A DNA stretch of 64,000 nt. It comes from a virus. The position numbers were made by a program, and so were the translations under genes. Of the stretch, positions 17,888-25,297 are shown in pieces. The notes beneath the pieces were generated by a model that saw only the letters and a program-made list of their open reading frames with translations, was not told the origin of the DNA and did no database searches. Where the stretch lies: IMG/VR virus record IMGVR_UViG_3300028284_000001. One strand, given 5' to 3'. The stretch's first letter is position 1. Every line of letters starts with the position of its first letter.

Positions 17888-18954
17888 AAGTCTAAATCGC
17901 TTGATGTGAAATATTCATCTATTTGTTTCCATGCATTAGATTTATTATCAAAACACACTTTAACCAAATCGTTTAGATCTTTGATATTATATGTATCTAG
18001 CTTAAAATCTGTTAGAAATTTAGACCACATAAATACTGGTCTTCCTTTCTTTAATTTCTCTGCCATCTTCTTTTTACCTGTTGCATCATTATCAAACATA
18101 TATCTGACTGTTGCCATTTCGTCAAATTCTTCTGTAGATCTACCTGCAGTTGCAAGGGCAATAGAGTTATGCATAAACTTCGCATCAATTGGTCCTTCAA
18201 ACAGAGTTACTGGCTGTTGGAAATTAACCTGCATAATTCCAAAAAGTGTTGAAGCCTTTGCAATCTTAGTTAATGCAATTGGTTCTATTTCTAAAGGTTT
18301 CTTCCACTCTTCATATATTTTTGGTAGGTCATAAGTAAGATACCTAGACCCATAGCCTTTCATTCTTCTGGATTGCGCGCCGATAATTTTACCTTCTAGT
18401 CCCTTGTTTAAAATCCAAAGGCGATTACCTTTTGGGGAAAAAAGAAACTCATTAGCTTTGTTATGTAATAGCCTCTCTTTTAATTGAAACCAAATCCAGT
18501 CTCCAGGCTCTATTTCTTTAGCGCCAAATACTTGTTTAAACTCATCTACTGTCAATGCCAATTCTTGGACGCTTGCAAGTGACGCATTTTGTAATACCTG
18601 TTCTTGACTTACCTGCTGCTTATTCTCTTTAATATAGTCTATAATAGTAAAGGAGTCTCCAGTGTTAGGCATTCTTACCTCATGGTCTTTTAATATACCA
18701 TAAAGATTAGTGTGGTGTGAGCAGTTATAGCAATGATACTGTAAAGTGTCCCAATACATATTGCCACGCTTCTTAGTGTCGTCATCGCTTGAATCACCAC
18801 AATAAGGACATGCCAGGGTTATTCGCCCTGGCATGTCTTTAAGCAATTGCTTGTTAGGAGTAGAATGATGTTCTACACAAACTTGTTTGAGTGCTTTTTT
18901 TATTCTACCTTTAAGCTCTTCAGTAAGTTTTATATTAGATGTTGAGTTCATCAA
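17875..18954 (-). CDS. DNA primase (T4 gp61-like)
   Basis: Zn ribbon CPYCGDS...CYNC; TOPRIM motifs FEGPIDA, FDND and KDLND. Confidence 0.9.
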   Translation of the reverse strand: MMNSTSNIKLTEELKGRIKKALKQVCVEHHSTPNKQLLKDMPGRITLACPYCGDSSDDDTKKRGNMYWDTLQYHCYNCSHHTNLYGILKDHEVRMPNTGDSFTIIDYIKENKQQVSQEQVLQNASLASVQELALTVDEFKQVFGAKEIEPGDWIWFQLKERLLHNKANEFLFSPKGNRLWILNKGLEGKIIGAQSRRMKGYGSRYLTYDLPKIYEEWKKPLEIEPIALTKIAKASTLFGIMQVNFQQPVTLFEGPIDAKFMHNSIALATAGRSTEEFDEMATVRYMFDNDATGKKKMAEKLKKGRPVFMWSKFLTDFKLDTYNIKDLNDLVKVCFDNKSNAWKQIDEYFTSSDLDLWYV

Positions 18955-19855
18955 GGAAAGAATCTAAATCATCATCTGTAGTTACCTTATTCTCTGTTGT
19001 TGAAGCTTCAGCTTTCGTTGGAGCTGCACTACCTGCTGTTGCAGTTACTGCTGCCTTTGGTGCTGGAGCTGCTTTTGGTGTGCCAGTTACTGCTGCAATG
19101 TCGTCACCTGGATTAAGATACATTCTTAACACATTGTTTACGAAAGCTCTTGTGTCTTCGTCCCACGCTTTGTAGTCATATTGTGCTAATGATGGTGCAT
19201 TTTCTAATTCCTCTTTGATAGAAGCCATAGTCTCTTTGTTTCTTTCTGCTGGAGCTTCGCCCATTAAGATAGCAGATTTATTAGAAGAGAATTTAGATTT
19301 ATCGTAGTTGTTATATTCACCTTGTCTTGTAATTACAAGCTCGAAGTTCTTACCTTCGAATAGGTCGAATACTTGTGTTGGCTCGCCAAAGTCTGGCTTC
19401 AACTCAGAATCAATCTTTTCTTTAATCTTATATCCAAACTTAAATACTTTGTAAGTACCTTCCATTTCTGGATTTTGTGGATCTTTAATAATCTTGATTA
19501 AAGAATAATACTGTTGACGTCTCTTCAATTTCTCAGAAGATTTTCTGTCTACAGCAGAATCTGATTTTCTCAACTTCCAGAATACATCTGCAATAGGGCA
19601 GTGTTCTCCAATAGTTTGAGGTGAGTCTACTAGTTTACCATCTCCAGAAGAGTTAGTTAACCAGTGTACGTATTTTTGAACCAAAGATTTTCTTGGGTTC
19701 TCTGGATTAGGTACAAAACGAATTAATGCTTTGTAAGTTCCGTCCTTGCCGTCGTCGGCAGTTGGTTTGTAAACTTCGTTTGTTGAAGTTCTTTCAGGCT
19801 GGTGTGTTTCCACATCTTCCACGCCTAAATTAAAAATGTCGAATGAGTCGCTCAT
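18935..19855 (-). CDS. Single-stranded DNA-binding protein (T4 gp32-like)
   Basis: ALIRFVP, CPI, IKDPQNPEMEG...FGYKI, FDLFEGKNF, NYDKSKF; Ala-rich linker and acidic tail DDDLDSFLDEL. Confidence 0.92.
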   Translation of the reverse strand: MSDSFDIFNLGVEDVETHQPERTSTNEVYKPTADDGKDGTYKALIRFVPNPENPRKSLVQKYVHWLTNSSGDGKLVDSPQTIGEHCPIADVFWKLRKSDSAVDRKSSEKLKRRQQYYSLIKIIKDPQNPEMEGTYKVFKFGYKIKEKIDSELKPDFGEPTQVFDLFEGKNFELVITRQGEYNNYDKSKFSSNKSAILMGEAPAERNKETMASIKEELENAPSLAQYDYKAWDEDTRAFVNNVLRMYLNPGDDIAAVTGTPKAAPAPKAAVTATAGSAAPTKAEASTTENKVTTDDDLDSFLDELNI

Positions 19856-19915
19856 AATTTTCTTTTAGTTGTTTAATTGTTTAATAATGAAATACTTTAA
19901 TTGTCTTTCAGTTCC

Positions 19916-19944
19916 TTATAGTTGTACAATATACAATAGTTTCA
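19916..19944 (-). promoter_or_regulatory. Putative middle promoter TGAAAC-N17-CTATAA upstream of ssb
   Basis: Third copy of the bipartite motif. Confidence 0.6.
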
Positions 19945-20160
19945 ATTAAATGTTAAGATTGCTCCAGATGGCTCCTTCCATTCCCCGTCCTTTAGCTTAA
20001 TCAGCCCTGATTTGTGTAGTAACTCTGATGCTTCCTTTTCAGTAAGCTGGTTCGCTGCCACCATTTTTTGTAGGATCGTATTGAGGCGAAGGTAATCTAT
20101 AGTAATCAACATATCAATTAATACTTTGTTTATTATACTTATTATATATCTGAATTTCAT
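19942..20160 (-). CDS. Small hypothetical protein (true start may be the internal MLITIDY)
   Basis: ORF track; promoter-like motifs at 20142-20169 lie inside the annotated 5' end. Confidence 0.5.
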   Translation of the reverse strand: MKFRYIISIINKVLIDMLITIDYLRLNTILQKMVAANQLTEKEASELLHKSGLIKLKDGEWKEPSGAILTFN

Positions 20161-20194
20161 TTTGTTTCTAGATTATATGTTAATAACTTTGTTT

Positions 20195-20260
20195 CAAAAT
20201 AGTTGCCGAAATATTTTTTTATGTCAATTATTATTCGTATATTAGTACTGTAATTAAAAA
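20195..20260 (+). promoter_or_regulatory. Early promoter cassette (repeat copy)
   Basis: CAAAATA...TTTTTTATGTCAATTATTATTCGTATATTAGTACTGTAATTAAAAA, nearly identical to 51546-51611. Confidence 0.8.
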
Positions 20261-20269
20261 CTAATAAAC

Positions 20270-20602
20270 ATGAGTAATCCACACTACGAACACCAATTAA
20301 AATTAGACGCTATGAAGAAACATACTAAATTATCGTCGAGAAACAAAACCCTTCTTTTGATGGGGGCTAAGGCTACTGGAAGCTTTCTAGAAGGTTATTA
20401 TTATATAGAGGAAAGTTTATACATCGATGAGGCTAACTCGCTCCATTCGTTCTGTACATGGATTGATGACATCATCGGTGGCGCAGGTCCAGTTAATATT
20501 GATATGTTATGGCTAGGGTTTAAATACCCTGAAGTAGACAGATACTCTAGAGCATGTGTAGATATTAAGAAACAAATGGATGAAATTAAAGCTTACTGTT
20601 AA
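20270..20602 (+). CDS. Hypothetical early protein (110 aa), counter-oriented insert
   Basis: Occupies a gap between minus-strand genes and starts right after the conserved promoter. Confidence 0.75.
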   Translation: MSNPHYEHQLKLDAMKKHTKLSSRNKTLLLMGAKATGSFLEGYYYIEESLYIDEANSLHSFCTWIDDIIGGAGPVNIDMLWLGFKYPEVDRYSRACVDIKKQMDEIKAYC

Positions 20603-20788
20603 CCAGAATATGGCTTTTCTTAGTTAATTAAAAAAAGATTGTAGATTTGTTGAACCTTTTTGAAACCTTTTCTGGGAACTAGCATATAAGTAATGTCTTT
20701 AAGCCAAAGCCAGATAAGGTTCTGGAAGTAAGCTTTAAGTCTGTAAGCAGAGACAAGTATCAGTTAAGGGCTTGAAGCAGAGACTTGG

Positions 20789-21463
20789 TTAGTTTGGCAA
20801 ATTTTCCCCAAGTTGTGTGTACAGATAATGATTAAGAAACCAAGCGTCGACTAGATCATCAAAAGGCTTCGGCACTTTTTTAACCTCATCACCTATATCA
20901 TTTACACAATACTTAAATAAAGAAGTCTTAGCTAACTCTGGACTCTCTACTATATTATTTAAGAAAGCAACCCAAAGAGCTAACTTATTCATATTCCCTT
21001 TACCAGCATGTTTCTTAATTGTAGTAGGTGCAACGGTCAGTAAATTTTTGACCTCGAGTCTATTAATCATTTGTTCTTTAAGGATTGCAGCTCCTGCTGC
21101 CATGTCAATCATATTATTAGTTCCCATCTTAGAACCGTATGACGTACCTTCGAATGCTATATGATAATCTTCTTCTGTGTTTGTTATGCCTAATATTAGA
21201 TTAATTATATCGTCCGCAGTTTGGATATATCTTTTAATCTTTGCAAATTCGTTTTTAGAGTAATCACCTACTGAAGATTTCCAGTCAGGTTGGTGTACAA
21301 GAGTTACATCCGAGAACGTACTTATTTCTTCTTGTCTTTTTTGTTCAGCTTTTGTTCCTGAACCAGCTTTAATATAGGAGATAAAGTGATATTCATTCGT
21401 ATCAGACTGCCAGACACAGATACCAGGGGAATTAAGCGAGAAGTCAACTGTAACTAAATTCAA
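20789..21463 (-). CDS. RuvC/RNase H-fold nuclease (Holliday junction resolvase-like); probable TTG start at 21463
   Basis: VDFSLNSPG, IAFEG, PTTIKKHAGKGN and DDLVDA acidic catalytic pattern. Confidence 0.75.
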   Translation of the reverse strand: MNLVTVDFSLNSPGICVWQSDTNEYHFISYIKAGSGTKAEQKRQEEISTFSDVTLVHQPDWKSSVGDYSKNEFAKIKRYIQTADDIINLILGITNTEEDYHIAFEGTSYGSKMGTNNMIDMAAGAAILKEQMINRLEVKNLLTVAPTTIKKHAGKGNMNKLALWVAFLNNIVESPELAKTSLFKYCVNDIGDEVKKVPKPFDDLVDAWFLNHYLYTQLGENLPN

Positions 21464-21464
21464 A

Positions 21465-21842
21465 TTAGATTCTTTTACCCATCGCAGCACCTAAAGCAGC
21501 ACCGACTAATCTGGAGGTTAATAAATCGTAAAAGATACCTTTTTGAATACCTAGTACTTTACAAATAACTTTACCAACTGATTTACCTAAAGCAAATCCA
21601 GCTAAACCACCAAAGATAGAACCTAAAAGACCTTCATTCATAAAAGCTTCTTCTAATTTGTCTAATTCAAATGTACCATCTTCTTTTTGGTATTGTTGTA
21701 CAAATTGCTCTAATGCAAAATCTACTTTATCTTCTAAGTCTTGCGACCATTCTTGTTGAAGCCCTTCTTGTAAAAGTTTCATATCAGTGTCAGTTAGCTT
21801 TTGCTCAACTAAGTACTGGTTAAATGTTTTAGTATCTTTCAT
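21465..21842 (-). CDS. CTS-bearing virion protein with an acidic pro-region and a Gly-zipper cationic C-terminal peptide
   Basis: MKDTKTFNQYLVE leader; FMNE|GLLGSIFGGLAGFALGKSVG...LVGAALGAAMGKRI; GATATATA at 21847-21854. Confidence 0.65.
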   Translation of the reverse strand: MKDTKTFNQYLVEQKLTDTDMKLLQEGLQQEWSQDLEDKVDFALEQFVQQYQKEDGTFELDKLEEAFMNEGLLGSIFGGLAGFALGKSVGKVICKVLGIQKGIFYDLLTSRLVGAALGAAMGKRI

Positions 21843-21857
21843 AGTTTATATATCTTG

Positions 21858-22409
21858 TTAATCTATTTCTAATCTCAGGTCTAATTTATTATAGACAAAT
21901 GTACATTCAAATGTAGCAAAGTCTGCTACGTTCTCAGCCATATTAAGATTTAATTCATTTATTGAATTCATAATGATTCCAGTAAATTCCATATATGCTA
22001 CTGAAGCTCCTTCGGCATCTAATATTCTTAGAGTCATAGGATCTATATAAGCCTTTTTAGTAGACTTAGCATAATAATATAAAAGAGTGTCCATCATTAT
22101 CCAATAGTTAATAAAACCATCTAATAATTGAAAGGTCACTGTAAATTCTCTTGTAATAGTATTTTGAATTGGCACTGAACCTCTATGATTTCTTATTGTA
22201 CCATCATTATCTGATTGGGTAATTGGATCAAATGCTACACCCGGAATATTAAGACCTTGTATAGAATAATTTACAAAATCAATAGGTTCTGCTAAAAGTC
22301 CACCTGGAACTCTGTTTAAATACTTCTTGTATTTTTCAGAAACTTCCTTTGGTATAAACAATCTAGGGAACCTAAAGTCGTATGCGTTATTTCTGCTATT
22401 TAATATCAT
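21858..22409 (-). CDS. Tail tube-fold protein (T4 gp3 tail completion / gp19-like)
   Basis: IQGLNIPG, FTVTFQLLDGFINY, LRILD and FECTFVY pattern; 183 aa. Confidence 0.65.
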   Translation of the reverse strand: MILNSRNNAYDFRFPRLFIPKEVSEKYKKYLNRVPGGLLAEPIDFVNYSIQGLNIPGVAFDPITQSDNDGTIRNHRGSVPIQNTITREFTVTFQLLDGFINYWIMMDTLLYYYAKSTKKAYIDPMTLRILDAEGASVAYMEFTGIIMNSINELNLNMAENVADFATFECTFVYNKLDLRLEID

Positions 22410-24481
22410 TATCCAATAGTAAATTTACCTTTAGTAATCATAGTTTCATCTGTGCCATTATCTATACTAATATAGAACGAGGTTGTTTTCATACCCCTAA
22501 TGCTCCCGGCATTAGCTTTATTAATTTGGAATAAAACTTCACCTTTACCCATATCAATATCTTTATTATAGATGTGGTTAAATTTTAAGTCAGTAGTACC
22601 ATCCTCAAATGTAAGAACAACTCTTTCGGCATTTTCAAATGAAATCATTTCAAAATCATCCCCTCTTTTCTTAGCTATTACAAATTTATAGTAAGATGCA
22701 AAAGGAGGTATACTAATAGATAAATCACCTTCATTTACAAAATCAGATGTATCAAACTCTTCAACATCTTTTCTAATTGGATTATCACCAGCTCCAACTA
22801 GATTTACTGTAGCTGAACTAGCAATTACATTATGTCTTTCGATAAATGCTGGAACTGTTTTAACAGACCTAGGTAAATTATCTGTAATAAATCCTGCAAT
22901 AATTTTGTTAGTCGCTAGGTTAGGTAATACATTGTATACTTCTGTTAATACATTTGGGCTATCAATTTTAATTGATGATAATCTTTTACCGTATTTAGCA
23001 GCTTGATCTATTGTCAAACTAGCTCTTTTTACAATTTGAGTATTATCTGTTTGGTTGTATATTCTCATAGTTACTTCTATAGAAAAATTAACAGCAATAT
23101 TAGCCTGATTAATTACAGGTCTAAACTTAATTGGAGTGTTAAAATCTTCATATTGAGTAAACTGAGAAGTGTATGATTTAATGTTAGCTGTACCTATTTG
23201 TTCAAATACATCAACATCGTATAGAACTACAATATCGTCAGACGAAGTTCGAATTCTATTTAAGATATGTCCTTCAAAATTATTAATTGAATTATCTTTC
23301 TCTCCGTAAATATTAAAGTAATCACCATCGGCTGCATCTTCTACAACTACGGTAAAGTCAGCAAATTCGTCTTCTCGAGAAACTGTAAATAAGTTTTCTT
23401 CTCCTGTATAAACATAATCAAATCCTTCGATCGTTCTAATAGAATCTAATAAAGCAAATCTAATTCCATAGTTTGCAGTTGGGTTTAAATCACTTGAACC
23501 TGGTGTTCCATCTCCATAAAACCTATCATCAAACTCAGAATTCTGATTTACTAATGTAGGTATTTTAAGATTAATATATTTTGACCACAAAGTCTCACCT
23601 AAAATAAAAGGCTTAGGGTTTGAAAATTCATAATTACTTGTATTAAGATATACAAGCTGTGTTAAATAGTTCTTAAGACCTGATGTTCTTTCTGCTGTAA
23701 TTTCAAATAAGAAACCAGCCTTATTTCTTGCGGCAAAGCTAAATCCAGATTTTAAATGTAATCTAACTGAATCATAAACAATAAAATTAATATTAGCAGT
23801 AGCTTCTGTTTGATAATTTAAAAGATCGGCCTCATTACCACCTGCCCAACCTGGTGCATTATTAATATAATTATGCATTTCATAAGCTCCTGTAGAATCA
23901 TAACCTAATAAAGCATATTTAGTAGAGTCGCTAGCATCTTGTACATCAACTGCATGATATCTACCTATTGTTTGATTAATATCATTTCCTGTTGCTTCAT
24001 CCGGAGATGCAAAAAGAGGATTAGCTCTTGTGTCAACTATAATTTTACCACCTATTAAACCAGGATAACTATAAGATATTTTACCATTTATAGTAGGAGT
24101 AAATTCTCCAAGATTGGTAACTGATGAAAACGTGTAAATACCTAAAGCACCTGAGATTGCAAAATCAGCAGGATTAGCTAAGGCACTTAAATCAAATTTA
24201 TATGTTTTACCACTTTGTAAAAGCAATGTTCTAGCTGCAAAGTTCTCAACCGCAATATAGCCTGAAATTTCAGTTACATCAAAGTTAACTACCGCACTAC
24301 CTAATTCATTTATTAAATGTCTAGATTTATATGGATCTTGATCCACCGTATCTAAAAACATTACCTCACTACCGTTATCATCAACTTCGATTTTAAACTT
24401 CTCTAAATCGCCTTGATCGTGATAAATAAACTCTAAAAGTATATCTTCGTCTATTCTGAAATATCTACTTGACTGTGCCAT
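22409..24481 (-). CDS. Putative virion structural protein (690 aa)
   Basis: Beta-rich composition; lies in the structural operon. Confidence 0.5.
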   Translation of the reverse strand: MAQSSRYFRIDEDILLEFIYHDQGDLEKFKIEVDDNGSEVMFLDTVDQDPYKSRHLINELGSAVVNFDVTEISGYIAVENFAARTLLLQSGKTYKFDLSALANPADFAISGALGIYTFSSVTNLGEFTPTINGKISYSYPGLIGGKIIVDTRANPLFASPDEATGNDINQTIGRYHAVDVQDASDSTKYALLGYDSTGAYEMHNYINNAPGWAGGNEADLLNYQTEATANINFIVYDSVRLHLKSGFSFAARNKAGFLFEITAERTSGLKNYLTQLVYLNTSNYEFSNPKPFILGETLWSKYINLKIPTLVNQNSEFDDRFYGDGTPGSSDLNPTANYGIRFALLDSIRTIEGFDYVYTGEENLFTVSREDEFADFTVVVEDAADGDYFNIYGEKDNSINNFEGHILNRIRTSSDDIVVLYDVDVFEQIGTANIKSYTSQFTQYEDFNTPIKFRPVINQANIAVNFSIEVTMRIYNQTDNTQIVKRASLTIDQAAKYGKRLSSIKIDSPNVLTEVYNVLPNLATNKIIAGFITDNLPRSVKTVPAFIERHNVIASSATVNLVGAGDNPIRKDVEEFDTSDFVNEGDLSISIPPFASYYKFVIAKKRGDDFEMISFENAERVVLTFEDGTTDLKFNHIYNKDIDMGKGEVLFQINKANAGSIRGMKTTSFYISIDNGTDETMITKGKFTIG

Positions 24482-24484
24482 GTT

Positions 24485-25291
24485 TTAAAATTGTAAAAAT
24501 TTAGGTGACCAATAAAGACCTACTCCAATTGAAGGGCCTGTACTAATTACTTGGTTATTATTTAGATTAACACCATATCCAACTCCAAATCCAACTAGCC
24601 ATCTAGATTTCTTTTGGTCTTTTCTGTTTAATCTGCTATTAACTAAATTGATATTTTCAATATCTTTAATCTCTAATCCAGGATATCCAGTTGATAGCTT
24701 TAATCTATCAGCACCATCTACATTTTCAATTGCTGCCATCAGGCTTAGAGTTTGTTTTAATTCAAACTTAGTTTCTAATACTTTAAATTGTTCAAATTCA
24801 TATTTAAAAGTAGAGAATCCAGTTAGTTCTCTAGAGTTACCATCACCAAAATCTTCTGACGATGCAAATGTAACTTTAGTAGTTGTCGTGTCAATAGCCT
24901 CGGTTGTAGTAGTTACATCTAAACTATCTGTAATTTCTAAGTTAGCAGATATTAATGAATTAACTTCTTTTAAGTCATCATTAAGTGCTAACGCTTTCTT
25001 ATACTTGTTGGTCAACTTAGCTTGGCTAGATTCTAGGTTTGATAAATCAAACTCATAAGATCTAATCTGAGCAAGTTGATCTCCGTTATCATTTCTTAGT
25101 ATTGTAACAGAGTCTTGAGCAGCCTTAAAGTTATTAAGTTGTCTACCAGCATCTTCTTGTGCTAATTTTACATCTTGTTTTAAGTTCTCAATACTATTAC
25201 ATTGTTTAAGAAAAAATAAACACAAAAGAGCTCCAGCAACGAATGTTACTAGAGTTCTATTTGAAAGTATGTCTTTAATTTTTGTTATCAT
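24485..25291 (-). CDS. Membrane-anchored coiled-coil protein, spanin-like candidate
   Basis: N-terminal hydrophobic helix ending LKQC, then a coiled coil, then a C-terminal Gly/aromatic beta-hairpin ending in Phe. Confidence 0.45.
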   Translation of the reverse strand: MITKIKDILSNRTLVTFVAGALLCLFFLKQCNSIENLKQDVKLAQEDAGRQLNNFKAAQDSVTILRNDNGDQLAQIRSYEFDLSNLESSQAKLTNKYKKALALNDDLKEVNSLISANLEITDSLDVTTTTEAIDTTTTKVTFASSEDFGDGNSRELTGFSTFKYEFEQFKVLETKFELKQTLSLMAAIENVDGADRLKLSTGYPGLEIKDIENINLVNSRLNRKDQKKSRWLVGFGVGYGVNLNNNQVISTGPSIGVGLYWSPKFLQF

Positions 25292-25297
25292 AATTTA

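Noticed and set aside
20603-20788. tRNA or other known structured RNA in the intergenic gaps (also 51400-51626)
   Set aside because: I could not find a cloverleaf, a T-loop GTTCRA in the right context, or a convincing long stem by eye. A tRNAscan/Infernal run would settle it.
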